A stretch of DNA of 12,384 nucleotides from Acidobacteriota bacterium. Lineage in GTDB: Bacteria > Acidobacteriota > UBA6911 > JACQSX01. The DNA lies in NCBI GenBank assembly GCA_036507075.1, contig DASXQR010000139.1:1-12384 (forward strand), written 5' to 3'. The position numbers and the translations under genes were made by a program. The notes under the pieces were generated by a model. That model made no database searches. It saw only the letters and a list, made by a program, of their open reading frames with translations, and had not been told where the DNA came from. Of this stretch, positions 1 through 8,540 are shown one piece after another; the first letter of the stretch is position 1; the number at the start of each line of letters is the position of its first letter.

Positions 1-29
1 AAACGAGCGCCGCAGCGCTCGTTTCGTAC
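1..29 (-). repeat. REP-like hairpin, truncated by the window edge
   Basis: Perfect 10-bp stem AAACGAGCGC (1-10) / GCGCTCGTTT (15-24) with a CGCA loop, followed by CGTAC. On the minus strand this reads GTAC + hairpin, resembling GTAG-foot REPs. Confidence 0.45.
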
Positions 30-67
30 CGACGTTTCCAGTTTGCTAAGGCATAGTTGGGCCGACG

Positions 68-156
68 GTCTAGTGAAGAATCGTACTCACCACCGGGACA
101 AGCCCGGTGGCGTCCGATTTTTTCACACGTTCTCGCGCCCCGGATTCTTCACAGAC
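68..156. mobile_element. MITE-like inverted-repeat element with an internal hairpin
   Basis: GTCT(A)GTGAAGAATC (68-82) is the inverted complement of GATTCTTCACAGAC (143-156) apart from one bulged base. An internal perfect 8-bp hairpin CCACCGGG-ACAAG-CCCGGTGG lies at 90-110. Confidence 0.4.
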
Positions 157-285
157 TGAAATTGGTCCCTGATTTGCACGAATTAACCCCGATATCAGTC
201 CGCGTAAATCGGCTGGTTCTTTTGGTTTGTGAATAGTCCGCGTTGGTGTCAAACTTCAAATCTTTCGTTTCCAGCGCAGATATTC

Positions 286-687
286 ATGGATCGGGACAAT
301 TTCTTCTGGACCACTTTGAAAGTGCGGTGGGGCGACATGGACGCGCTGAAGCATGTCAACAACGCAAAATTCTTCACTTACTTTGAAACTGCAAGGATGG
401 AGTACCTGAAGGAGATCGGTTTATGGAGCCTGGACCCGCGCGAGCAGGGGCCGATCCTGGTCGCCGAATCCATGAATTTTCGCAGGCAACTGACGGCCGA
501 TCAGAGCATCGAAGTGGGCGTGAGGATCAGTGAAGCGCGCCGTCGGAGCTACGTGATGGAAGTTGTGATGCGCGACGGACAGGGAAATACCGTGGCAGAT
601 GGAAATTGTGTGATCGCGTGGGTCGACTATGCCTCTCAGAAAGCGGTCGCGATTCCCGAAAGGATCCGGGAGCTGGTGAAGTCGTAG
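286..687 (+). CDS. Acyl-CoA thioesterase, 4HBT/YbgC-FadM hot-dog family
   Basis: Family motif VRWGDMDALKHVNNAKFFTYFETAR and C-terminal WVDY..K..AIP. ATG at 286 (133 aa) is preferred over the ORF-track GTG at 229. Confidence 0.9.
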   Translation: MDRDNFFWTTLKVRWGDMDALKHVNNAKFFTYFETARMEYLKEIGLWSLDPREQGPILVAESMNFRRQLTADQSIEVGVRISEARRRSYVMEVVMRDGQGNTVADGNCVIAWVDYASQKAVAIPERIRELVKS

Positions 688-710
688 AACGATGTGTGGA
701 CATTTTCAGA

Positions 711-766
711 CGTAGAGACGCGGCATGCCGCGTCGGAGCTCAGACGCGACATGTCGCGTCTCTACG
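711..766. repeat. GTAG-type REP doublet in inverted orientation (REPIN-like)
   Basis: CGTAGA-GACGCGGCATGCCGCGTC (711-734), an 8-nt spacer, then GACGCGACATGTCGCGTC-TCTACG (743-766). Each unit is an 18-bp perfect palindrome with a GTAG foot. It lies between convergent genes. Confidence 0.8.
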
Positions 767-803
767 GGCATGACCGGAAACCCGAAACCCGCAACCCTCG
801 ATA

Positions 804-2255
804 TCAAACCACGGCGTCGCGCAAATACATGGGCGTGAAGGTCTGGCGGTCTTCACGACCGAAAAGCATTTTCAGTTTGCGCACGCTTGCTTTCACTATT
901 TCCGGGTTATCCAGGCTGTCTTTGGCGAGCTCCCGGATGATTTTGGGCCTTCCATAAAACTTCAGGTATGCCCACTGCTGCAGACGAACCAGCCGTTCGC
1001 CGGTCACGTGGTTTCGATTGAACGCGATCTGGTCGCTGGTGCAGTCATCCCAGTTGATGTCATCGAGCACCAGTTTCCCTTCGCGGAGCGCTTCATCAAA
1101 AATAGCCGTGCCGGGAATGGGAATCACAATATTGAAGTTGGCGCGAACCAGAGGCAGGCCGCAGGCAAGGCGTATCGTGTCCCAGATTTCCTCTTCATGC
1201 TCGTCCAGGAAGCCGATCATGAAATATCCAGTGATCTTGATATTGCTGCAGCCGGCGATCATTTCCGCCTTTTCCCGGATCTTCGCTACGGTGACTCTCT
1301 TTTGGATCAGTTTTTGAATACGATCATTCCCTGATTCAATTCCCACCGCCAGCGATTCGCATCCGGCCGCTTCCATCAATCGAAGAAGTTCGGGGTAAAG
1401 CGAATCGAGGCGCACGCCCACGGGACAGTCCCATTTGTAACGCAGGTCTGCGGCAATCAGAGCTTCGCAAAAAGCCGTGGCATACTTTTTATCGAGCGTA
1501 AATTCGTCGTCGATGATGCTGAAGCGGTGCGTATTGTAGCGTCGCTTTAAGAGGACAAGCTCTTCAATCACATGTGCCACGCTGCGGTGGCGTAACTTGC
1601 GTCCCGAGAGCCCAGGCGTGTTGCAGTAAGTGCACGGATAAGGGCAGCCGCGCGTAGTCAGAATCGGGTAGTACTCGTCCCAGATGAAGCCGGGATATGT
1701 GTCCGGCTTCAACAGTTCCCAGGCAGGAATTCCGTAGCTGTCCAGGTCGACACCGAAACTGGGGTCGTTGACGATGAAATCGCCGCCATTGCGCCATGCC
1801 AGGCCGGGAACCCGGGAAAGAAAGTCCGCTGGGATTTTCAGGCCGTACTCCTCGAATTGCGACAGCAGCAGCGGCAGACCTTCCTCGGCCTCAGCTTTCC
1901 AGGCAAAATCCAGGTTCGGCATGGTCCTGAGCGCAAATTCCGGCAGAGCGGACGGATGCGGGCCCCCAACCAGAGTGAGCGTGCCGGGGTTGACCTGTTT
2001 GGCAATGCTCAGGTGATGATTTACGTAATTATGATCGCGGCTGTAGCACCGAAAACCGACCACGTCGAAGCGATGCTCTTCCAGGAATTTCTTGTAACCG
2101 GAAAAGGTGAGGTTTTCTTTGGGACAGTCCAGCAGAGTGACGCTGTGCCCGTGGTTTTGCAGCACAGTCCCAAGGTACAGGATCCCAAGGTCGGGCGAGA
2201 CTTGATAATTGTGACCTTCGCGGATCGGCATTCCCAGCAGGACATTTAGAGACAT
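804..2255 (-). CDS. Cobalamin-binding-domain radical SAM protein (class B/BchE-like)
   Basis: N-terminal B12-binding domain (LGILYLGTVL, VGGPHPS, EAEE), CxxxCxxC motif TRGCPYPCTYC at 1623-1646, then IIDDEF, GIESGN, FMIGF and PIPGT. Start is likely the ATG at 2255; the ORF extends to a GTG at 2276. Confidence 0.9.
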   Translation of the reverse strand: MSLNVLLGMPIREGHNYQVSPDLGILYLGTVLQNHGHSVTLLDCPKENLTFSGYKKFLEEHRFDVVGFRCYSRDHNYVNHHLSIAKQVNPGTLTLVGGPHPSALPEFALRTMPNLDFAWKAEAEEGLPLLLSQFEEYGLKIPADFLSRVPGLAWRNGGDFIVNDPSFGVDLDSYGIPAWELLKPDTYPGFIWDEYYPILTTRGCPYPCTYCNTPGLSGRKLRHRSVAHVIEELVLLKRRYNTHRFSIIDDEFTLDKKYATAFCEALIAADLRYKWDCPVGVRLDSLYPELLRLMEAAGCESLAVGIESGNDRIQKLIQKRVTVAKIREKAEMIAGCSNIKITGYFMIGFLDEHEEEIWDTIRLACGLPLVRANFNIVIPIPGTAIFDEALREGKLVLDDINWDDCTSDQIAFNRNHVTGERLVRLQQWAYLKFYGRPKIIRELAKDSLDNPEIVKASVRKLKMLFGREDRQTFTPMYLRDAVV

Positions 2256-2322
2256 AGATGCGTTCTCGCCAACCACAAGGGTACTAAAGCGCCAAGGTCG
2301 AGTCCAGAAATTCTGTGTTCTG

Positions 2323-2526
2323 TCCGTTGTCAGTGGTCCGTTGTCCGTTGTCAGTCGTCCGTTGTCAGTCGTCCGTTGTCCATTGTCCTTGGATTTGGAA
2401 AGTGTGAAAGTCGAGAGTCCGATCGCGGTTGTGTGGATGTGGCTGGACTTGCAACCTTTTGAGTTCCAGAATTTCCAACTTTACCGACAAGGGACAACCG
2501 ACAACGGACTACGGACAACGGACAAC
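2323..2526. repeat. Inverted heptamer tandem-repeat element (TCCGTTG/TCAGTSG ... CAACGGA)
   Basis: About 10 heptamers at 2323-2392 and about 6 reverse-complement heptamers at 2481-2526, enclosing a core of roughly 90 nt. Confidence 0.9.
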
Positions 2527-2531
2527 TTCTT

Positions 2532-2540
2532 TGCTAAATT
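2532..2540 (+). promoter_or_regulatory. Possible extended -10 promoter for the sugar transferase
   Basis: TG-C-TAAATT just after the repeat arm, about 75 nt upstream of ATG 2616. Motif match only. Confidence 0.3.
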
Positions 2541-2615
2541 CGCTGGAAATCATTAGACTCAAAGCTCGCAATCTTGGGGGCCGGCTATCCTGTGCGCTCG
2601 GTTGCGGCTGTTTTT

Positions 2616-4046
2616 ATGCAAAAGCAGAGCCAGCGGGACGCGATCGAGCTGTTCATCATTGACCTGTTTTGCTCAGCGGCGGGCCTTTTTGTCGCCTACG
2701 CAATTCGCCTGAACATTCAGGTCTTTCTTCCCGACTTCCTGGAAGCCAGCGCCCACCCTAAACTTCTTCCTCTCTGGAATTATTTGCTTTATTTTTTCCT
2801 GATCCTGCCGTTCTGGGGGATACTGCTTTACACCACCCAGCATTACCGGCAACTGGTGCACGACGGATGGCATCGCCAGATGCAGAAGATCGTGCACTTC
2901 ATCACCGCGGCGACGCTCTTTATCGTTTTCATCGATTTTGTGTTGAAGCTCGATCTCAGCCGCCCTCTGATTTTCCTGTTCCTGGGAAATAACCTGGCGG
3001 CACTGATCCTGGCGCGGTTGGCGCTGCGGTGGTCCTTACATCGCCGGCGCTTTCAGGAAGTGGGCGTCAAAAATGTAGTGATTGTCGGCACCGACGCGAA
3101 GGCGAGAGAAATCGGCGAAAAGTTGAAGAGATTTCCGGAGTGGGGATTGAAACTTCTTGGGTACATCCATTCCGATTCACGGCCCACGCCGCCCAACCTT
3201 GAGATCCTGGGAACGCTCTCGAATTTGGCATCGATTCTGGATTCAAACATTGTCGACGAGGTCTTCTTTGCCGGTTCGGACAGGCGCGACCTCGAGAATT
3301 TCGATGTGGCGGTTCAGTTGTGCGAGGAACAGGGTGTGAGCACGCGCCTGGTGCTGAATTTTTTTCCCGAAACCACTTCCAGAGTATCGCTTGAATTTCT
3401 TGACGGCATTCCATTGGTCACTTTCACCATGGTGCCGGATCATCACCTGGCTCTGCTGGTAAAACGGCTGCTCGATTTTTCAATCGCGGGGGCTGTGCTC
3501 GTCATTTTGTCGCCGTTAATGCTGCTGGTCGCCCTGATGGTCAAGCTGACAACTCCGGGTCCGGTTCTGTATCGGCAGCGCCGATGCGGCCTTTATGGAA
3601 GGCCCTTCACCCTGATCAAGTTCCGTTCCATGATCCACGGCGCGGAGGATGTCCTGTGGGAAATACGGCATCTCAACGAAATGAACGGGCCCGTCTTCAA
3701 GATGAGAAATGATCCGCGCGTCACGCCGCTTGGTCGTTGGCTGCGAAAAACCAGCGTCGATGAACTGCCCCAGCTCTGTAACGTGTTGAAGGGGGAAATG
3801 AGCCTGGTGGGACCGCGCGCGCCGCTGCGCGAAGAAGTCGCGGCCTATACTCCCAGCCAGCGTCGCAGGCTGAGCGTTAAACCCGGAATTACCTGTCTCT
3901 GGCAGGTCTCGGGTCGCAGCGAAGTTGATTTCCATCAGTGGATGACGCTGGATCTGAAGTACATCGACAACTGGTCCTTGGCGCTGGATCTGAAGATCAT
4001 GCTGAAGACCATCCCCGTTGTTCTCCTCGGTAGAGGCGCCAGATAA
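2616..4046 (+). CDS. Polyprenyl-phosphate glycosylphosphotransferase (WcaJ/WbaP-like priming sugar transferase)
   Basis: Four N-terminal hydrophobic segments, a Rossmann-like VVIVG domain and a C-terminal bacterial sugar transferase domain (KRLLD, IKFRSM, DPRVT, DELPQL, GEMSLVGPR, KPGIT.LWQVSGR, DL.YI.NWS). ATG at 2616 is preferred over TTG at 2574. Confidence 0.92.
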   Translation: MQKQSQRDAIELFIIDLFCSAAGLFVAYAIRLNIQVFLPDFLEASAHPKLLPLWNYLLYFFLILPFWGILLYTTQHYRQLVHDGWHRQMQKIVHFITAATLFIVFIDFVLKLDLSRPLIFLFLGNNLAALILARLALRWSLHRRRFQEVGVKNVVIVGTDAKAREIGEKLKRFPEWGLKLLGYIHSDSRPTPPNLEILGTLSNLASILDSNIVDEVFFAGSDRRDLENFDVAVQLCEEQGVSTRLVLNFFPETTSRVSLEFLDGIPLVTFTMVPDHHLALLVKRLLDFSIAGAVLVILSPLMLLVALMVKLTTPGPVLYRQRRCGLYGRPFTLIKFRSMIHGAEDVLWEIRHLNEMNGPVFKMRNDPRVTPLGRWLRKTSVDELPQLCNVLKGEMSLVGPRAPLREEVAAYTPSQRRRLSVKPGITCLWQVSGRSEVDFHQWMTLDLKYIDNWSLALDLKIMLKTIPVVLLGRGAR

Positions 4047-4054
4047 TTTAAAAG

Positions 4055-4082
4055 TCGACGTTCGACGTTTGACCTTCGATTT
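4055..4082. repeat. Short heptamer tandem array between convergent genes
   Basis: TCGACGT-TCGACGT-TTGACCT-TCGATTT fills most of the 35-nt gap between the two stop codons. Confidence 0.55.
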
Positions 4083-5869
4083 TAGAGCGTACCGGTGGGA
4101 GCAAGCTGCTCCTTGTACTGCAGCTGGTAAAGCTTGTAGTAAATGCCCCGGTGCGCCAGCAATTCCTGGTGCGAGCCTGCCTCCTTGAGTTCACCTTTGT
4201 GGAGCACCAGGATTCGATCACAATTCTGAATGGTCGATAGGCGATGGGCGATGATGATTGCAGTCCGGCCCCGCATCAGTTTTTCCAGGCCATCACGAAT
4301 CAGCAGTTCCGTTTCTGTGTCTATGTTCGATGTGGCTTCGTCAAGCACCAGAATGGCCGGATCATAAGCAAGGCATCTGGCAAAGGCCAGCAATTGACGT
4401 TCCCCGGCGGAAAGAGTGCTGCCTCGCTCGTTCAGCCGATGCAGGTAACGATTGGGGAGCTTCTGAACCACACGATCCGCGTTTACAATTCGTGAGGCGT
4501 GTTCAATTCTTTCGCGGCTGATTTCCGGGTCGTGCAGGCTGATGTTTTCCTCAACAGTGCCGGAAAACAGGAATACATCCTGCAGTACGATCCCGATGCT
4601 TCGCCGCAGCCTGCCCAGCGGCAGACGGCGCACGTCGACCCCGTCAATCATCACGCTCCCCTCGCTCACATCGTAAAACCGGTTCAGCAAGTTGATGATG
4701 GTCGACTTGCCCGCGCCGGTGGCGCCCACGATCGCGATTTTTTCTCCCGCCGACACCGTAAAGCTCACATTTCGGAGCACGGGCTCGCCCCGGTTGTAAT
4801 GAAAGCTGACATTTCTGAATTCGATTTCACCGCGAATGGCCGGCGACTGTTCCGGCTGCTCCGGATCAAACACCTGGGGGCGGGTGTCGAGAAGCTTGAA
4901 GATCCGCTCTGAAGAAGCCATCGCGCCCTGCAAAATGTTGAACTTCTCGCCGAGATCACTGATCGGCTTGTAAAAACGCTCCGAATACTGAATAAAGGCG
5001 ACCAGGCTTCCCAGTGTGAGCGCTCCGGACAGAATTTCGTTTCCGCCATACCACACGATCAGAGCGATGGCGGTGGCTCCAATCAGTTCAGACAGCGGAT
5101 AAAACACGGAATAATAAAAAATCGACTGGTGGTTGGCGGCCCGGTGTTCTTCATTCCTTTCATCAAACTGAGCGAACTTTCGCTTTTCCTGGACAAAGAG
5201 CTGAGTGACAGCCATACCGGTGATGTTTTCCTGCAGAAAAGCATTGATGCGCGCGATTGCCGTACGCACTCTGCGGTAAGAGGCACGCACGCGAACCTTG
5301 AAAATGAGCGTGGCGATAAACAGAACCGGGATCACAGAAAAGGTGACCAGCGCCAGGCGCGCGTTCATGATGAAAATCACGATCACGATTCCCGCAAGTG
5401 TGAAAACATCGCCGAAGATGGTGATCACACCAGAAGTGAACAGGTCATTGAGCACGTCCACATCTGACGTTATCCGGGTCATCAGCCTGCCGACGGGGTT
5501 GCGGTCGAAGAACGCCACTTCGAGCTGCTGCAAATGCTTATAAATTTGCAGGCGCATGTCGCTCATGATGCGCTGGCCGATCCAGTTCATGGTGTAGTTC
5601 TGAACGTAGCTGAGGGCGAACTGGGCCAGCAGGACCAGCAGGCACAGGCCGGCTATAAAGTTCAGCCCCGAAAAATCCTTTCTCAGAATATACCGGTCAA
5701 TGGCCAGCTTTGTGAGGTAAGGGCCGGCCAGTTGCACTGCTGAAATAGCCAGCGTGAGCAGCACCGACACAGCCGCAATACCGCGGTAAGGCTTCAGATA
5801 GATCAACAACCTGCGCGCCAGCCGGCTGTCGTAGGCCTTCCCCAGAATTTCTTCTTCGTGCGGACTCAT
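4082..5869 (-). CDS. ABC exporter half-transporter (TMD+NBD), MdlB/BmrD-like subunit
   Basis: Multi-helix TMD, Walker A GATGAGKS, signature LSAGERQ, Walker B ILVLDEATS and H-loop IAHR. Its start overlaps the upstream stop (ATGA at 5866-5869). Confidence 0.93.
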   Translation of the reverse strand: MSPHEEEILGKAYDSRLARRLLIYLKPYRGIAAVSVLLTLAISAVQLAGPYLTKLAIDRYILRKDFSGLNFIAGLCLLVLLAQFALSYVQNYTMNWIGQRIMSDMRLQIYKHLQQLEVAFFDRNPVGRLMTRITSDVDVLNDLFTSGVITIFGDVFTLAGIVIVIFIMNARLALVTFSVIPVLFIATLIFKVRVRASYRRVRTAIARINAFLQENITGMAVTQLFVQEKRKFAQFDERNEEHRAANHQSIFYYSVFYPLSELIGATAIALIVWYGGNEILSGALTLGSLVAFIQYSERFYKPISDLGEKFNILQGAMASSERIFKLLDTRPQVFDPEQPEQSPAIRGEIEFRNVSFHYNRGEPVLRNVSFTVSAGEKIAIVGATGAGKSTIINLLNRFYDVSEGSVMIDGVDVRRLPLGRLRRSIGIVLQDVFLFSGTVEENISLHDPEISRERIEHASRIVNADRVVQKLPNRYLHRLNERGSTLSAGERQLLAFARCLAYDPAILVLDEATSNIDTETELLIRDGLEKLMRGRTAIIIAHRLSTIQNCDRILVLHKGELKEAGSHQELLAHRGIYYKLYQLQYKEQLAPTGTL

Positions 5870-7602
5870 GATTCTACGTCCAGTTCTTCCTTCAGCAACT
5901 GCTTCTCATAGAGATCCGCATACAGCCCCGACTGGTCCAGGAGCTGTGAATGTGTTCCGCGCTGCACGATCCTTCCTTCGTCCAGCACCAAAATTTGATC
6001 TGCGTCCTGCACAGTGGAAATGCGGTGCGACACGATCAGCGTGGTACACCCGCGCGCAGCGTCGGCAAGCCGGTGGAGAATCCTTTCTTCCGTGTAGGTA
6101 TCCACGCTGGACAGCGAGTCGTCCAGCACCAGGATTCTCGGATTTGTGAAGAGGGCGCGCGCAATTGTGGCACGCTGCTTCTGACCGCCGGATAAAGTAA
6201 TTCCACGTTCTCCCACAATGGTTTCGTATTGGTGGGGAAAACCTTCAATATCCTGGTCCAGTCCGGCAACACTTGCCGCCTCACGCGCGCGCGCCGGGTC
6301 TCCGATGCCGCCAAACGCGATGTTCTCTTGAATGGTATCGGAAAACAGAAAAGCATCCTGCGGAACGAACCCGATGGCGCGCCGCAGGTTCCCCAGCGCG
6401 ATGCGATTGATGTCATGCCCGTCAATGAAAATGGAGCCGTCGGGAACCGGATAGAGGCGTCCCAGCAGCTGCACCAGAGTGCTTTTTCCTGACCCTGTCC
6501 GCCCGACGATGGCCACGCGAGAGCACGCCGGCACTTCAAAGGAAATGTCGCGCAGCACCGCGGCGCCGTTGTAGCTGAAATTCAGATTTCGAAATTCAAT
6601 CCTGCCGCCAATCTCGACCGGCATGGCATTCACATCGCGGACTTCGGGCTCGGCGTCCAGCAACGCATTGATGCGCCCCATTGAAGCAGCCCCCCGCTGC
6701 ACGATGTTTACCACCCAGCCGAGAGCGATCGTCGGCCAAATCAACATCGAAAGGTATGCCATGAAAGCGACAAATTCCCCCAGTGTGATTTGTCCGAGAA
6801 TTACCTGCCGGCCCCCGTACCAAAGCAGCATGACTGAGGAAATCCCGAGCAGGAAGCCGTTCAAAGGATGAAAGAACCCGGAGATCCGGATCAGCGAAAG
6901 GTTTCGATTGAAGTATTCATTGTTTGATCTTTCGAACTGCTCGATGAAGGCCTGCTCGCGATGATAGGCACGCACCACACGAATCCCGGTAAGCGACTCA
7001 TGCACGTGGGTACTGATGGTGGAAAGCTGTTCCTGTATTTTTTCAAATTTCGAATGCACCACTGCCCCGAATTTCTTGACAGTAAAGGAAACAAGCGCCA
7101 GCGGCAGGAATGCCAGCAGTGAGAGAGAAACGCTGATCTTGAACAGCAGCGCTGTGGCCATCACGCTGATGGTGAGGGTGTTGATGGAATACATGATTCC
7201 GGGGCCAAGCACCATCCGGACGGCGGACAGGTCGTTGGTGGCCCGCGACATGATGTCGCCGGTCGCATTTCGTTTGTAGAACGAAGGTGGAAGCAGCAAA
7301 AGGTGCGCGAATAAATCATTGCGCAGGTCGTATTCGACGTCGCGCGACACGCCGATCAAAATGCGACGCATCGCGAAGCGGAAGATTCCTTCCACCAGCG
7401 ACATTCCCACAATCAGCAGGGCGTAACGAAGCAGTGTGCCGTGGTCGAACCGGCGGCTCAGCATATCGATCGCCTGCTTGAGAATCCACGGATTGACCAG
7501 CGCGAACACATTGGTGAGAGCAACCATCAGCATGCCCCAGACAATGCGCGCCCGATACTTCTTTAAATAGGGAATGAGCCGCTGCAGTGGGTATGATTTC
7601 AA
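5866..7602 (-). CDS. ABC exporter half-transporter (TMD+NBD), MdlA/BmrC-like subunit
   Basis: TMD with TGDIMSRATNDL, Walker A GRTGSGKS, signature LSGGQKQ, Walker B ILVLDDSLS and H-loop VSHR. TTG start. Confidence 0.93.
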   Translation of the reverse strand: MKSYPLQRLIPYLKKYRARIVWGMLMVALTNVFALVNPWILKQAIDMLSRRFDHGTLLRYALLIVGMSLVEGIFRFAMRRILIGVSRDVEYDLRNDLFAHLLLLPPSFYKRNATGDIMSRATNDLSAVRMVLGPGIMYSINTLTISVMATALLFKISVSLSLLAFLPLALVSFTVKKFGAVVHSKFEKIQEQLSTISTHVHESLTGIRVVRAYHREQAFIEQFERSNNEYFNRNLSLIRISGFFHPLNGFLLGISSVMLLWYGGRQVILGQITLGEFVAFMAYLSMLIWPTIALGWVVNIVQRGAASMGRINALLDAEPEVRDVNAMPVEIGGRIEFRNLNFSYNGAAVLRDISFEVPACSRVAIVGRTGSGKSTLVQLLGRLYPVPDGSIFIDGHDINRIALGNLRRAIGFVPQDAFLFSDTIQENIAFGGIGDPARAREAASVAGLDQDIEGFPHQYETIVGERGITLSGGQKQRATIARALFTNPRILVLDDSLSSVDTYTEERILHRLADAARGCTTLIVSHRISTVQDADQILVLDEGRIVQRGTHSQLLDQSGLYADLYEKQLLKEELDVES

Positions 7603-7618
7603 TTGGTGTTGCGGGCGG

Positions 7619-8290
7619 CTACCAGCGCTTTAAGTCCGGTTTGGCCACTTTGTCGGGCCCGTCATTTGGGCCTGGGACGTAACGGGCTTCGCGTTCCCAG
7701 AAATTCTTTTTGCGAGTTTCCAGGGAAAACTGTTCTCCAAAGAGGGTCTTCCCCAGGTGGAGCAGAAATGTCTCTTCCAGGTTGCCATTGGAGGCCAGTG
7801 GTACCCATTGCTCTTTCCCGGTGAAACTGCGCTTCAGCGCTTCGATGTTTGCGTCCGCAATTACTCGCGTATCTCTCTTTCCGATCGGTTCCACGCGGAT
7901 GATCATGCGATAGCGCACTTTCTCCCAGGTACCGTCTCCCAACGCGGTCCGCGTCGCAACCTTGCTGATATGGTCGCGTGCCAGGGGTCCCGAGGCATAT
8001 TCGGACAGTTCCGTCTCCAAAACGCCGCCCTTTGAGGTATTGGAAAGCTTCAGTGCCATTCCGTGATGATCGGGGTCCTGGATCAGGGCCTGACGGCACG
8101 CTTCGTAAACCGGCCTGAGATCAATGTAAACCCGCAGGCTGTCAGGCAGAGTTGGTGTGCTTGCTGCCGGCGCGGCGATCAAAAACAGCCCGGTCCATAC
8201 GGCAACGCAGGCAACCGGCGTGATCCCGGCGATCGAACGCAGCCAGCGCGCCTGCGGAAGGATCCTAAACCGCAAGGTCCCGGTTCTCAT
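7619..8290 (-). CDS. Hypothetical exported protein
   Basis: AGGAG RBS 5 nt before the ATG at 8290. Basic N-terminus, a hydrophobic stretch ending AAPAA (signal-peptide-like), and a stop 16 nt before the ABC gene start, consistent with an operon. Confidence 0.7.
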   Translation of the reverse strand: MRTGTLRFRILPQARWLRSIAGITPVACVAVWTGLFLIAAPAASTPTLPDSLRVYIDLRPVYEACRQALIQDPDHHGMALKLSNTSKGGVLETELSEYASGPLARDHISKVATRTALGDGTWEKVRYRMIIRVEPIGKRDTRVIADANIEALKRSFTGKEQWVPLASNGNLEETFLLHLGKTLFGEQFSLETRKKNFWEREARYVPGPNDGPDKVAKPDLKRW

Positions 8291-8405
8291 ATGCACTCCT
8301 GTTGTAAAACACTTCAATAATCAGATGGTACCTCCGCTGTGGCGGCATTTCAATCGGCTACAATATCTGGTAGTGGTCTGGTTTGGCTGCCATCGGCAAA
8401 AAGGC

Positions 8406-8433
8406 TTCACCACAGGGGCACAGAGGACACGGG
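8406..8433 (+). repeat. TTCACCRC.. 8-9-mer repeat family copy
   Basis: TTCACCACAGGGGCACAGAGGACACGGG; related copies at 10116-10155(-), 11660-11689(-), 11694-11723(+) and 12234-12247(+). Confidence 0.7.
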
Positions 8434-8434
8434 A

Positions 8435-8535
8435 TTGTCCGTTGTCAGTGGCCCGTTGTCAGTTGTCACTCCTGACGGCCGGTTATGCAAGAACCACTGA
8501 CAACGGACCACTGACAACGGACCACTGACAACGAA
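8435..8535. repeat. Second copy of the inverted heptamer element
   Basis: Left arm TCCGTTG TCAGTGG CCCGTTG TCAGTTG (8438-8465), a core of about 25 nt, and right arm (CCACTGA CAACGGA)x3 (8494-8535, last unit CAACGAA). It ends 5 nt before the ruvX ATG. Confidence 0.9.
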
Positions 8536-8540
8536 CGATA

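Noticed and set aside
694..957. 87-aa plus-strand ORF
   Set aside because: It spans the REP doublet and is antisense to the 3' end of the radical SAM gene, with no recognisable motif.
2341..2662. Short ORFs 2341-2556 and 2429-2662 (also 8157-8528 and 8407-8781)
   Set aside because: Their SVVRCPLS/TTDNG motifs come from the heptamer arms; they have no RBS and most overlap real genes.
1008..7481. Many 60-170-aa ORFs inside the large genes
   Set aside because: These are shadow or alternative-frame ORFs typical of GC-rich coding DNA.
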